Below the pieces are notes generated by a model. It was not told the origin of the DNA, did not search any database, and saw nothing but the letters and a program-made list of their open reading frames with translations. This document shows positions 9,380-18,792 of a stretch of 64,000 nucleotides of DNA, one piece after another (position 1 is the stretch's first letter; each line of letters opens with the position of its first letter). Where the stretch lies: positions 37,277 to 101,276 of IMG/VR virus record IMGVR_UViG_2627853856_000004; one strand, written 5' to 3'. Both the position numbers and the translations under genes were made by a program. This DNA is from a virus (taxonomy: Duplodnaviria; Caudoviricetes).

Positions 9380-9808
9380 CTAGAAGGGCACGTCGTCGTC
9401 ATCGTCACCCGCTAAGGCCGCCGCTGCGGCCCGCTCGGTCCGCGCCAGGCGGTCGCGTTCCCACTCTTCAGCCAGCAGGCGATGTTGATCGGTGGCATGC
9501 GCGGCGAGGTCGTAACCGTCTTCGATCGCCAATCTGAACTGTTCCTGATGTCGATAGATATCGGTGCAGGCCGCGTTGAGCGGCCCTTTGCCGCAGTCCA
9601 TGCCGGCGAGGCGTTCGTCGATCGGGTCACGATATTTCGCCGGCAACGTGCGCACGTCGAGATGGCTGGCCGGATCACTATCTTCCCGGTTGGCGGCGGC
9701 ATCCAGCGCATACCAATAGGTCATCGGGAACGCTTGTTTATAAATATGGTAGATGCGCCGACCGCCGCACATCAGCCAGCCGTCGCGCCCCTTTTTGCTC
9801 TCATTCAT
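9380..9808 (-). CDS. hypothetical protein with an SSB-like acidic tail
   Basis: MNESKKG start with GGAG RBS; ends GDDDDDVPF. Confidence 0.7.
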   Translation of the reverse strand: MNESKKGRDGWLMCGGRRIYHIYKQAFPMTYWYALDAAANREDSDPASHLDVRTLPAKYRDPIDERLAGMDCGKGPLNAACTDIYRHQEQFRLAIEDGYDLAAHATDQHRLLAEEWERDRLARTERAAAAALAGDDDDDVPF

Positions 9809-9834
9809 GCTGGTAGTCTCCGCTCGGCTGTAGC

Positions 9835-10326
9835 TTAGAAGGGAACGTCGTCGTCGAGATCGCCGCCGGCAAAAGGATCGGCCTTGCTGCCACCGCCGGC
9901 ATCGTTGCCCCAGCCGCCGCCTTGCCCCCCGCCGGCCGCGCCGTTGCCGGAATCCGATCGGCCCCCACCCGCCTGAGCGCCATCGAGCATCACCAGCACG
10001 GCGTTGAAGCCCTGCAGGACGATCTCGGTCGAATATTTCTCGACGCCGGCGTTGTCGGTCCATTTGCGGGTCGCGAGCTGGCCTTCGAGATAGACCTTGC
10101 TCCCCTTGCGCAGATAGCGCTCGGCGACGTTCGCCAGCCCCTCGCTGAAGATCGCGACGCGGTGCCATTCGACCTTGTCCCGCCGCTCGCCGCTGCCCTT
10201 GTCCTTCCACTGTTCGGACGTGGCGACGGTCAGGTTGACCACCTTGCCGCCATTCTGAAAGGACCGGCTTTCCGGATCGCGGCCGAGGTTGCCGAGCAAG
10301 ATCACCTTGTTGACGCTGCCGGCCAT
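9835..10326 (-). CDS. ssb: single-stranded DNA-binding protein
   Basis: [19 protein letters not shown]...EWHRV...DLDDDVPF. Confidence 0.95.
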   Translation of the reverse strand: MAGSVNKVILLGNLGRDPESRSFQNGGKVVNLTVATSEQWKDKGSGERRDKVEWHRVAIFSEGLANVAERYLRKGSKVYLEGQLATRKWTDNAGVEKYSTEIVLQGFNAVLVMLDGAQAGGGRSDSGNGAAGGGQGGGWGNDAGGGSKADPFAGGDLDDDVPF

Positions 10327-10682
10327 TAAGCCGCCCTCGCCGCGACGTGCGGGCAAGCGCCAGAGATGCAGGAGCCGTGCCTGCGCGCGTCCCGAACCAT
10401 TTCTGCATGGCAGGAGCAGCTTGCTACTGCCGCCTTCGCGTGGTCGACCGGAACGAGCTGAAGCATCGGCCCGAGAAAGTCCCAGCCGTGAGCGTAAATT
10501 TCATCGGGCAGGCAATCGATCGCCACGATTAGATCGTGATCGAGTATTTCCCGCGTATCACCCGGCCGCCAATCGTCGAGCAATCGCGCGCTATCGAAAT
10601 GAGATAGCAAGGCATCGACGCGGCGCGTCGGCCCCGGAGCGATGCCGTCTATCGTGGCTTGGCCGTAAAGTATGGTTATCAT
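10326..10682 (-). CDS. hypothetical protein
   Basis: Overlaps both neighbours in the operon. Confidence 0.55.
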   Translation of the reverse strand: MITILYGQATIDGIAPGPTRRVDALLSHFDSARLLDDWRPGDTREILDHDLIVAIDCLPDEIYAHGWDFLGPMLQLVPVDHAKAAVASCSCHAEMVRDARRHGSCISGACPHVAARAA

Positions 10683-11389
10683 GACTCACCTCCCATTGCC
10701 GCCAGCAGCGGCGCCTCACCCTTCGCCCCGAACCGAGCGGCATCGCTCGCCCGCGTCAGGCGTTTCTTCGTCCCGGCCGCGATCGGCCGGATTGGCATCG
10801 GATCGGCGCCCTTGCGCCATAGGAAGACGGCATAGGCGGTCGCGGTGCCGCCCTTCGGCTCCCACCGCCCCAGGTGCATCGGCACGCGTTCGATGAACGG
10901 CGCCAACAGTGTCATGGGCTGGGCTCCATAGAGCAGCTCGAAGCGACCCTCCGTTTCGAGGAATTGCAGGCGCAGCAGCATCGCCACGCCCCGCCGCGCG
11001 CGCTGCAGGCCCAGCTCGATGAACTCGGCCGCCGTGGCGAAGGGCGGATTGGTCGCTATCCAGTCGGGCGCGTAACCGGCGAACGGCTCCCTCGTATCGA
11101 GGAAGTCGATCGTCACGCCATGGCCGTGCGGATAAACATCGCTCGCGAACACGTCGGCGAAATAGTCGCGGAACGGCTCGGCCATATGGCCCTGTCCGCA
11201 CGCCGGCTCCCACACGGTCCGCGCCTCGGGATCGAGCAGCAGGATCGCCTCCGCCATCGCCCGCGCAGCCCAGGGCGGCGTCGGCAGGAAGTTGAGCTGG
11301 CGATAGATCGCGGTCTGCGGATCGTCTCCCTCGACCTCGGCGGGGGCATGCGCCGCCATGACGGCGGTGGACATCGCCGGACCGGTCAT
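10679..11389 (-). CDS. DNA amino-methyltransferase
   Basis: PTPPW, WEPACGQGHM and ATNPPF motifs. Confidence 0.85.
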   Translation of the reverse strand: MTGPAMSTAVMAAHAPAEVEGDDPQTAIYRQLNFLPTPPWAARAMAEAILLLDPEARTVWEPACGQGHMAEPFRDYFADVFASDVYPHGHGVTIDFLDTREPFAGYAPDWIATNPPFATAAEFIELGLQRARRGVAMLLRLQFLETEGRFELLYGAQPMTLLAPFIERVPMHLGRWEPKGGTATAYAVFLWRKGADPMPIRPIAAGTKKRLTRASDAARFGAKGEAPLLAAMGGES

Positions 11390-11787
11390 GCCGCAGTCCC
11401 ATTCGCCACGATGCCGATGATATCTGCATGGCAGGGCGCGCAATGGTCGCACTTCTCACGGAAGGGCTTACCGGCGGCATGCTTATCGCACAGCTTGCAC
11501 CAGCAGCCGAGATCACGCCCGCGCAGCGGCTCGAGGAAATCGGGATTCAGCGTAACCAGCGCCATTAGCTGGCCGACGAACATATCCAGGCAACGGTCAA
11601 GACTGGCCGGCGTGCGCAGCCGCACGCACGGCATGGGATAGCCGCGATGGCCGAACGCCTGCATATGCTGGGTAGCGTTGAACATATTGCCATAGGCAGT
11701 CGACCGGTCGACCTTGCGGGCGGTCGGCGGCATACGCCAGCCTTTCGCGCGCGACAGTTGGATGCGGACAGGCTCAACCATGGACAT
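11386..11787 (-). CDS. DUF4326-family protein
   Basis: RIQLSRAKGWRMP...LRGRDLGCWC...CHADI. Confidence 0.75.
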   Translation of the reverse strand: MSMVEPVRIQLSRAKGWRMPPTARKVDRSTAYGNMFNATQHMQAFGHRGYPMPCVRLRTPASLDRCLDMFVGQLMALVTLNPDFLEPLRGRDLGCWCKLCDKHAAGKPFREKCDHCAPCHADIIGIVANGTAA

Positions 11788-12133
11788 GCGCCTCAACCAT
11801 CTGCGCGACATGCGCGGGCACATCGAAGAAGCCGAGCTTGCCGGGGCAGGGGATCAGCTCGATCGGCCGCGCATTGCGCAGCACGAAGCCATATTTCCCA
11901 TGGAACCACCGGCTATCCGATGCCGACACGCAATCGACGATCTCGACCATGCCGACGATGCCGCCCAGCGGCAGCTGATGCTCGCGGATGAACTCGCGGT
12001 CCTCTTCGAGCGACAGGCTCGCGTGGATCAGCACGGCGCCCCGATAGTTCGTGCGCCAGTCGCGGTTTTCCACATCCTTCCCGTCGTGCAGGATGTGGTG
12101 GCACCATGGCTGCCGAATGCTCAGCGCCTTCAT
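11774..12133 (-). CDS. ASCH domain protein
   Basis: MKALSIRQPW...GKDVENRDW.T.YRG.VLIHAS...GKLGFF. Confidence 0.9.
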   Translation of the reverse strand: MKALSIRQPWCHHILHDGKDVENRDWRTNYRGAVLIHASLSLEEDREFIREHQLPLGGIVGMVEIVDCVSASDSRWFHGKYGFVLRNARPIELIPCPGKLGFFDVPAHVAQMVEAHVHG

Positions 12134-13221
12134 GCCGGGAACCCGTTATGCTCGACGCCATCGAGCAGCCGCCCGGTGATCTTCTTCGTTCCCCGGAACA
12201 TTGTGCCGGCCGGCGCGGTCAGCAGGGGCGCGAACACCCCCCATTGCTTGAACAGGAACGGGACCCCGGCTTCCGCGCATAGATCGCGCAGCAGGCGAAC
12301 CCATTCAGGGTCCATCGGTCGTGCCCCGGCGCCGCTCTCGCCGCCGGCGACAACCCAATCGAGCTTCCGCGTCAATTGCCCATCCCCGCCATGGCGGCGG
12401 CAACCGGGATCATAGCCTGCGAAACTATCGCAGGCGCAGTCGCCCCAACATTCGGGGCTAAGCACGTCTTCGCCTTGCACGCCGGTCAGATCGATAAACC
12501 CCAGCAACGGCTCGGCGGAGATCCACCGCAACGCGGCCGGCGTCGCGAGCAAATCCGGGATGCGTTCATCTGCCGTCCGCTGATCCTCGACCGATACGCC
12601 GAGCCATACATTGGGGAGCGGCTGCCGGGGCCAAGCTGGCCGACCGATCAGATTGCCATCCTTTGTCCAGAAGCGGTCTCGATCGAAGAGTTCGCCGGCG
12701 GCGAGGGTGATTTCGTCGATCGCGAGGTTGATTTGATCCCATCGATCGCCCGGCCGGGTCTCGGCGGGGATTTCGATTACATCACTGCCGCCAAGGTCTA
12801 GGCGCCGCGCCGGTGCCGGCTGCCATGTCTCGGCGAAGTACGCCCGCATCCGGTCCGCGCGTTTCGTTAACACCTGAAACTGATGATGCGGGCAGAGCGC
12901 CATGACCGCGAAAACGCGGTCGATCCATTCATCCGGCACCGCCTCATGGAACAGGTCGCCATGGGCTACGACGAAGATACGGCGCGGCCGCGTCCAGCGC
13001 AGCGGCTGCATCAGCCATTCGTCGTTGAAGCGGACCTTGCCGGTCCACACCGGCCCCGCCTTACTATCGACCGTCAGCCCAGCCCGCGACGGGTGATGCC
13101 GCAGCCGCGTGCCCGCCAGCTTCATGGCGTAGCAGTTCGTGCAACCCGCGCTGTGGACCGAGCAGCCAGTGATCGGGTTCCACGTCGCGTCGGTCCATTC
13201 GATTGACGTTCCATCAGCCAT
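12130..13221 (-). CDS. phage Gp37/Gp68 (DUF5131) protein
   Basis: IEWTDATWNPITGC...GCTNCYA...SAEPLLG...WVVAGGESG...FKQWG. Confidence 0.92.
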   Translation of the reverse strand: MADGTSIEWTDATWNPITGCSVHSAGCTNCYAMKLAGTRLRHHPSRAGLTVDSKAGPVWTGKVRFNDEWLMQPLRWTRPRRIFVVAHGDLFHEAVPDEWIDRVFAVMALCPHHQFQVLTKRADRMRAYFAETWQPAPARRLDLGGSDVIEIPAETRPGDRWDQINLAIDEITLAAGELFDRDRFWTKDGNLIGRPAWPRQPLPNVWLGVSVEDQRTADERIPDLLATPAALRWISAEPLLGFIDLTGVQGEDVLSPECWGDCACDSFAGYDPGCRRHGGDGQLTRKLDWVVAGGESGAGARPMDPEWVRLLRDLCAEAGVPFLFKQWGVFAPLLTAPAGTMFRGTKKITGRLLDGVEHNGFPA

Positions 13222-13405
13222 GAGCCGCCTCCAATGCGTCGGGAAGATGCAGGCCGGCTTCGAGCCCGGCCGCGCAGGCGCGCAGACGTTGCGCGGCGAA
13301 GGCCAGCTCGCCGGCCGGCACGTCGAGGCCGGCGCCGCTCTTCACGGCATCGGCTTCGGCAGTCAGCCAGGCGACGGCTGCCGCGATCTCGGGGCTGGGC
13401 TTCAT
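13214..13405 (-). CDS. hypothetical protein
   Basis: Overlapping operon ORF. Confidence 0.55.
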   Translation of the reverse strand: MKPSPEIAAAVAWLTAEADAVKSGAGLDVPAGELAFAAQRLRACAAGLEAGLHLPDALEAAHG

Positions 13406-13653
13406 CGCGCCAGCGCCTTCAGGTCGGCGAGTCGCGCTTCGAGCCGCGCGATCGTCTCGGGCAGCCGCAGCATCCGATGATAGTGCGTGTTGTCGAGGCG
13501 GCGCAGCTCTTCGGCCTGAGCGGGGGTCCGCTCCGCAGCAGGGATCGCGCGCAACGTGTCCATATAAGTGCGCAATTCGGCCATGCTCAAGCCGGTGCGC
13601 TTATTGCCACCCTGTTGCCGGGGCGGGCGCCGATACTTCACCGTCGCCATCAT
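13402..13653 (-). CDS. hypothetical protein
   Basis: ATGA-coupled operon ORF. Confidence 0.55.
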   Translation of the reverse strand: MMATVKYRRPPRQQGGNKRTGLSMAELRTYMDTLRAIPAAERTPAQAEELRRLDNTHYHRMLRLPETIARLEARLADLKALAR

Positions 13654-14249
13654 TGGCCGACCCGCTTGAAAGCGTCCACGACGAATGCCCACAGCTCGCC
13701 CGCGCTCAGCTGGAAGCGGTCGAACGACTGATCGAACTCGTAACCATGCTCGATCAGCGACGCCGCATGAACCGTCCCTTCGGTCAGCTTCGTCATGAGC
13801 GTGATCACCACGCCTTCATTCGGCGTGTCGTGATACTGCAGCATCGGCATGAAGTAGCGCTGGCCTATCTGATGCACTTCCAGCTGCGGGTCATCGACAT
13901 GAACGCGGCCCGCGACATAGGAAAGCCGGCCGCCCTTCTCTGATCGCGGCCCGTCATGGGAGATCAGGTCGTGGCCGCCTCTTGGGTCCTCGATCACCTT
14001 CCAGCGCCGATTGATCTGCGTGCCAGCGATCACTTGGCTCTCGAACGAGAAGCGGTGGTTATGGATCGCCGACTGCGCAAAGCAGCTCCGCCGGGGCAGA
14101 TCAGGATGCCAGACATGCAACCGCTGATGCTCCGGCAGTTTCACCTGTATGAAGCCGAGACCATGCAAGCTGATCTGTTCGGCAACCGCCGCGAAGTCCT
14201 TCCCGTTCACGCCACTTTCCTCTGCTGTGTTTCCCATGCGCGCGCCCAC
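13650..14249 (-). CDS. hypothetical protein, possibly cupin-like
   Basis: HGLGFIQ...RLHVWHP...IHNHRFSFES. Confidence 0.6.
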   Translation of the reverse strand: MGARMGNTAEESGVNGKDFAAVAEQISLHGLGFIQVKLPEHQRLHVWHPDLPRRSCFAQSAIHNHRFSFESQVIAGTQINRRWKVIEDPRGGHDLISHDGPRSEKGGRLSYVAGRVHVDDPQLEVHQIGQRYFMPMLQYHDTPNEGVVITLMTKLTEGTVHAASLIEHGYEFDQSFDRFQLSAGELWAFVVDAFKRVGQ

Positions 14250-14548
14250 AGGCGGGCAATCTCAATCGGCACGCCGACGCTCTCCGCGATCACTGGCAAC
14301 AGGCTGGTGCCGTGATGGTCGAGCCGCGCGTCAAAGGCTTCGCGGCGATCCCCGAAGGGCTCGCCATCCGGGCCGATACAGTCCGGGCAGACGTGGAGCT
14401 TGTCTCGGCCGCTCGGCACCAGCTTCCAGCCGATGGGCAGATCGGCTCGGCTGAGCGCGCCGCTGCGCGCGTTGCGATGCTCGATCGTCTCGCCCTCGGC
14501 ACCGCAGCCGTCGCAACGAGCGATGCAAGGGAAGCCGTGGAAAATCAC
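14207..14548 (-). CDS. Zn-finger hypothetical protein
   Basis: CDGC...CPDC; GTG start overlapping the upstream stop. Confidence 0.5.
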   Translation of the reverse strand: MIFHGFPCIARCDGCGAEGETIEHRNARSGALSRADLPIGWKLVPSGRDKLHVCPDCIGPDGEPFGDRREAFDARLDHHGTSLLPVIAESVGVPIEIARLWARAWETQQRKVA

Positions 14549-15174
14549 CGCTTCACCCCCTCGACCACGCTGGTCGCGTTGCGCGACGACAGGATCGTGA
14601 TGATCCGCCCCGGTGCCCAAGGGCTGATCTCGTTCGAGATGAAGCGGTCGGCGACCAGACACTTGAGCAGATAGCTCGCGCGGTTGCCGTCAGAGAGGCC
14701 GGCCTTGAGCGCCAGTTCCTTGTTCGTCGGGCAGGGCAGCGCCTTCTTCGCGTAAGCCTTCAGCACGGTCAGCAATCGCGCCTGATCGTCGTCGCGCGGC
14801 GGTATCTCGCGCGCGATGCGCATCGGTGCCGGCGGCGGCGTCCAGGGCTTGTCGAGCCGACGGATCACATACTGCACCGGCGACTTCGAGCTATCGTGGA
14901 ACGCGAACACGATCTTGCGATCGTCGAGGTCGCGCACCGCCTCCGGCACCTTCGACCATTTCGGCAGACAACCCTCGGCATAGCCCAGCTCCGCGCCTGC
15001 AGCGGCCGACTTCACCCAGGCGATCACCGCATCGAGCGGCATCGCCGAGCCGGTCGCACCGAAGCGCACTGGCTCCATCGCGCCGACCATGCGGGTCCGC
15101 CCGTCCTGAGCAACGGCTGAACCTGTCGAAGCCGGCGCCGAAGGATCGTTCGCGGGGAGCGCAGCCGCCATCAT
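14545..15174 (-). CDS. winged-HTH protein (paralog of 28059-28676)
   Basis: CPTNKELA..AGL...ASYLL. Confidence 0.6.
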   Translation of the reverse strand: MMAAALPANDPSAPASTGSAVAQDGRTRMVGAMEPVRFGATGSAMPLDAVIAWVKSAAAGAELGYAEGCLPKWSKVPEAVRDLDDRKIVFAFHDSSKSPVQYVIRRLDKPWTPPPAPMRIAREIPPRDDDQARLLTVLKAYAKKALPCPTNKELALKAGLSDGNRASYLLKCLVADRFISNEISPWAPGRIITILSSRNATSVVEGVKR

Positions 15175-15782
15175 CGACGCGGCTCCGGCAGTTCGATGCC
15201 CAGGGCGTTGGCAAGGCAGCTGACGATATCGGCGGCCGAGCCGCGATCGAGCGCGAGCGAGATGCCCTGCCCGGTCAGTATATAGCGATTCTCGCCCTCG
15301 CCACGGATGCAGCGGAACAGCTTGCCGACGTCTCGCGCGCCGAGCGTGCCGTGGATGATCGGCGACGACGGGGCTGGGGAGGCACTCGCGGCCCCGTCGT
15401 CACCTTCCGCTGCCGGGAGAGTCTCCGGGGGAAGCCCGGCGGCAGAATAGCTATTCGTCCAATCGCGCAGCCGGATCAGGCCGCCCGTCAGGTTGTAGAT
15501 CACAAGGCCCTGTTCGGCGTGCAGCTTCGCGGTTCCCGCCAGCACACCGCCCAGGTCGATGCCAGCCGCCTCGATCGCAATGGACAGGTCGGCCGGATCG
15601 CTCATCAACCAATCGGCCAGCTTCACCTGCGCCATCGTCAGCGACATATCGGCGGGCACGCCCCACCGGCTGCGCGCGTGCATGATCAGCTCGAGTCCAG
15701 TTGCTTCGCGCTCGATCAGCGATGCCGGAATGTCGAATCCCGCCGCGCGCGGATGCGCGCTATCACCCCCCACCATGCTCAC
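15171..15782 (-). CDS. hypothetical protein
   Basis: Coupled operon ORF. Confidence 0.5.
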   Translation of the reverse strand: MSMVGGDSAHPRAAGFDIPASLIEREATGLELIMHARSRWGVPADMSLTMAQVKLADWLMSDPADLSIAIEAAGIDLGGVLAGTAKLHAEQGLVIYNLTGGLIRLRDWTNSYSAAGLPPETLPAAEGDDGAASASPAPSSPIIHGTLGARDVGKLFRCIRGEGENRYILTGQGISLALDRGSAADIVSCLANALGIELPEPRR

Positions 15783-16273
15783 CCCTCCGCCTCGATCCGT
15801 TCGAGCAGCGCCCGCACCTCCGCCGCCTTCGACACAAGCTGGTCGGCCTCGGCCACCAGCGCCCCTCGGCGCACGTCCTCGGCGCAGAGTTTCCCATCGG
15901 CCAGCGCCACCGCCATCGCCGTGGACACGTCCGAAAATTCCTTGATCAGCTCGGCTAACCGCAGATGCGCTTCGGTCGATCCGGGCAGCACGACGTTGGC
16001 GACGAACGATCCGCCGTTGCGCGCGCACATTTCGCGCGTGACGTGCGGCCAGCCGGGCAGGCCGACGGTGCGCGCTTCCAGATCGAGAGCAGCGTCAACC
16101 GGGATGAACGTGTCGACGTTGACCAGCGCATAGTCGCTGAAGGACTGCTGCCGCTTTATGCGCCGGCTATATTCGGCCGCGCGCGCCTGTCCGCCGGCCG
16201 CGTCGATCAGCTCGCCGGTGGCGACCTTCAGCGACTGTCGCCGGGAATCATGCTGCACCATACGGTCACGCAT
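15779..16273 (-). CDS. phage regulatory CII-like protein
   Basis: Downstream of Cro; LIDAAGG...FIPVDAALDLE...PHVTR...ALADG. Confidence 0.65.
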   Translation of the reverse strand: MRDRMVQHDSRRQSLKVATGELIDAAGGQARAAEYSRRIKRQQSFSDYALVNVDTFIPVDAALDLEARTVGLPGWPHVTREMCARNGGSFVANVVLPGSTEAHLRLAELIKEFSDVSTAMAVALADGKLCAEDVRRGALVAEADQLVSKAAEVRALLERIEAEG

Positions 16274-16574
16274 CGATCCGCTCCCCGGTAAAACTCAGTG
16301 CATTACCGCTGGTGGCGGCGATCATTTCGGACTCCAAACCACCGTTATGAGCAGGGCTTGGCGACGGACCATCGGAAGCGTGATCGTTGGGGGCGGAGCC
16401 GCCGGCTTGCCGCGTGGCGTCAACGATAACGCCGTCTGCCCAATCGCCGCGAATGTCGAAGAAGCGGCCGATCTCCTCGGCGAGGTAATCCGCGAGAATG
16501 ATGACCAGCCGCCAGCCCAGCCAGCCGAGCGCGACGATCAGGCCTCCGACTGTGAGCCCCCCCGCGTCCATCAT
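16266..16574 (-). CDS. small membrane hypothetical protein
   Basis: N-terminal hydrophobic segment; overlaps neighbours. Confidence 0.4.
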   Translation of the reverse strand: MMDAGGLTVGGLIVALGWLGWRLVIILADYLAEEIGRFFDIRGDWADGVIVDATRQAGGSAPNDHASDGPSPSPAHNGGLESEMIAATSGNALSFTGERIDA

Positions 16575-16846
16575 GGCGCTGTCGCCGGCACGAGCGGCAG
16601 CTGCGGCTCATCAGCTATCGCTTCGAGCGCGCTCGCCAGCTCCTCTGACTTGCCGCGCGCGGCCGCAGCCAGGCACACATGATCGAACCGAGCCTTGGAC
16701 ATGCCGATGCGGCGCCAGCTATCGACGGTCGATGTCGGGGTGAAGGTGAAGCCGGATACGGTGCCGGTGCCGCCGAGGGCATCAAGCACCACGACGGCGC
16801 GCGCGCCGTCGAGGGCAAAGGGTTCGGGGAGGGTTTGTCCGTCCAT
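16571..16846 (-). CDS. Cro-like protein
   Basis: Divergent from CI; LDALGG...TVDSWRRIG. Confidence 0.6.
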   Translation of the reverse strand: MDGQTLPEPFALDGARAVVVLDALGGTGTVSGFTFTPTSTVDSWRRIGMSKARFDHVCLAAAARGKSEELASALEAIADEPQLPLVPATAP

Positions 16847-16852
16847 GGGCTG

Positions 16853-16919
16853 CTACATCCGATAATCGGATGTAGATTACAAGCAGAATTATCCGATTAT
16901 AGGCGTTGCGATAATCGGA
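16853..16919. promoter_or_regulatory. prophage 1 operators between Cro and CI
   Basis: Palindrome CTACATCCGATAATCGGATGTAG plus variants TCCGATTATAGGC and TGCGATAATCGGA. Confidence 0.75.
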
Positions 16920-17527
16920 TGGGTCGCCTTGATGGCGAAATGGAAGAAACGCCGGCACAATGGGTCAAGCGCCGCATGGTCGAAAAGGGCCTGCGTCAGG
17001 TCGACCTCGCCAACGCGATCGGCGCCAACAACCCGAACAAGATCAGCAAGGCGTTCGCGGGCGATCGGCAGTTCAAGGTCCATGAGATGGACATCCTCCG
17101 CGCCCTGCTCGCGGAGGGACCACCCGCGACGCCGGTTGACGGCTCTGCAGTGCGGTACATCCCGTTTGTCGGAAAGGTGCCAGGCGGAAACTGGCGTGAG
17201 GCGGTTCAGCAGGCGCTGGGGACTATCCCCGTCGCGGCGGAAGGAATGCCCGTCAATGCCGTAGCGCTGAAAGTCGTGGGCGACTCAATGAACAGGCTGG
17301 TGGATGACGGGGGCTATATCATCTTTGACCCCGATGACCGCTCGCTTTTCCCCGACAAATTCTATGTCATTCAGAACGCCGAGGGTGAGACCACCTTCAA
17401 GCAATTCAAGTCCGATCCGGCGAGGCTGGTGCCCTGCTCACTCAATCCGGCGTATCAGGACATATTGATCGGCGATCAGCCCTTCTCGATCGTCGGCCGC
17501 GTGATCGCCTTTCACGGCCGGCTATAG
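16919..17527 (+). CDS. CI-like repressor (HTH plus S24 peptidase)
   Basis: HTH; ALKVVGDSM...TTFKQF...IVGRV; start at 16919 or 16940. Confidence 0.9.
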   Translation: MGRLDGEMEETPAQWVKRRMVEKGLRQVDLANAIGANNPNKISKAFAGDRQFKVHEMDILRALLAEGPPATPVDGSAVRYIPFVGKVPGGNWREAVQQALGTIPVAAEGMPVNAVALKVVGDSMNRLVDDGGYIIFDPDDRSLFPDKFYVIQNAEGETTFKQFKSDPARLVPCSLNPAYQDILIGDQPFSIVGRVIAFHGRL

Positions 17528-17534
17528 GCCAGCG

Positions 17535-17729
17535 TCAGGCGGCCTGCTCTTCAATGGAGAAAACTTTCTCCATCCCGCCGGGCACGATGGTGAACCACTG
17601 CCCCCACTCGTCATAGGCGCCCAAGCCCAGCTCGATCGCATCGCGGCGCGCATGTTCCCGATCGTCGCGCCAAGGCGCACTCGGCTTCCCAAAACACGTC
17701 ACCCGATACCATCGAACTGCTGTACGCAT
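17535..17729 (-). CDS. small putative SOS-regulated protein
   Basis: 64 aa with an RBS and an upstream LexA-type box. Confidence 0.6.
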   Translation of the reverse strand: MRTAVRWYRVTCFGKPSAPWRDDREHARRDAIELGLGAYDEWGQWFTIVPGGMEKVFSIEEQAA

Positions 17730-17764
17730 CCTTCACCCCCTCTGAGTCGCGGCGATGAAATGTG

Positions 17765-17779
17765 GAACATTGGCAGAAC
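17765..17779 (-). promoter_or_regulatory. alphaproteobacterial LexA box
   Basis: GAAC-ATTGGCA-GAAC (GTTC-N7-GTTC on minus strand) just after a TTGACG -35. Confidence 0.7.
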
Positions 17780-17805
17780 AAACGTCAATAAGGTCAATCA
17801 CATAA

Positions 17806-17851
17806 TCCGATAGTCGGATTTTCCATTTGCTATTAAGCTCCGATTATCGGA
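17806..17851. promoter_or_regulatory. prophage 1 second operator pair
   Basis: TCCGATAGTCGGA (17806-17818) and TCCGATTATCGGA (17839-17851) match the Cro/CI operator. Confidence 0.75.
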
Positions 17852-17882
17852 TATGCCGACCGTCACAACGACGGAGGCAGCA

Positions 17883-18191
17883 ATGCACAGTTCCCAATTC
17901 GATCCCCTCGGCAGCGTCACCGATTGGCTGAAGGCCCGCACGTACCGCGCCCCGCAGCAGAAGGACTGGACGCCCGAAGATAACCTCTTCGTGGACTATC
18001 ATCGCCACGCCGAGGCCGCCGGTCTCGCGCCCAGCGAGCGGGTCGATCGCGAGACCTTCCGCAACGAACTCCACGCCATGTCCGATCGCGGCCCGGATCA
18101 CCGTCTGGCGAAGGCCGAGGGATCAAGCCTCGAACGCTGGGTCGATTGCTGGCCGCGCACCTTGCGCCACGCCCAAAGGCTGGCCGCATGA
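17883..18191 (+). CDS. stand-alone D5-helicase C-terminal winged-helix-like protein
   Basis: SVTDWLKART...WTP..NLFVDY...FRNEL. Confidence 0.55.
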   Translation: MHSSQFDPLGSVTDWLKARTYRAPQQKDWTPEDNLFVDYHRHAEAAGLAPSERVDRETFRNELHAMSDRGPDHRLAKAEGSSLERWVDCWPRTLRHAQRLAA

Positions 18192-18460
18192 TCATCGTGA
18201 TCCACGGCCCGCCGGCCTGCGGCAAAACCTTCAACCGCGAGCGGCTGCGCGAGCACTTCGGCTGCCGGCGTATCGTCGACAGCTGGGACGCGTATAGCGG
18301 ACAGGGCGACGGCCGCAGTCAGCGCCTGCGCGACGGCGACCTGATCCTGACGTGCGACAGCCCGGAAGCGATCTACGGATCGAAGGCGCTACGCGGGATG
18401 TCCTATGGCGTCCACGCCTTCGAAGCGGCGATCGAAGCCGCCGGCGGGCGGATCAGCTGA
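18188..18460 (+). CDS. small P-loop protein
   Basis: MIIVIHGPPACGKT. Confidence 0.65.
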   Translation: MIIVIHGPPACGKTFNRERLREHFGCRRIVDSWDAYSGQGDGRSQRLRDGDLILTCDSPEAIYGSKALRGMSYGVHAFEAAIEAAGGRIS

Positions 18461-18792
18461 TGCGCTGTTATCGCACCAGCACCGGCCTGTTCGTCGGCAC
18501 TCAGGCGGAGGGCGGCGACGCCTTCTCGCGGATCGTCGTGCCCGACGACAAGCCCGCCCTGCTCAACTTCCTGAACGCCCTCGCGGGCGAGCAGCAACCC
18601 GAGCCAGCCGAGCGCGTCACGCCTTCGGCACCGCCTCCCATCCAGCCTGCACCGTCGCGCCAACCGACCGGGCCGATCACACTAGCCGACGCCGAGACCT
18701 TCATTCAGGAGGCCGACCACCGTCAGCTCGCCAGCCTCGCCGAGAACGTCATCCTGCGCATGCGCGAGTTGGGCAAGGGCGCGGGGCTATGA
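18460..18792 (+). CDS. hypothetical protein
   Basis: TGATG coupling. Confidence 0.55.
   Translation: MRCYRTSTGLFVGTQAEGGDAFSRIVVPDDKPALLNFLNALAGEQQPEPAERVTPSAPPPIQPAPSRQPTGPITLADAETFIQEADHRQLASLAENVILRMRELGKGAGL

Noticed and set aside
9380-10408. 342-aa ORF spanning ssb
   Set aside because: The N-terminal part is an off-frame overlap with ssb. The real start is more likely 9808, which has an RBS.
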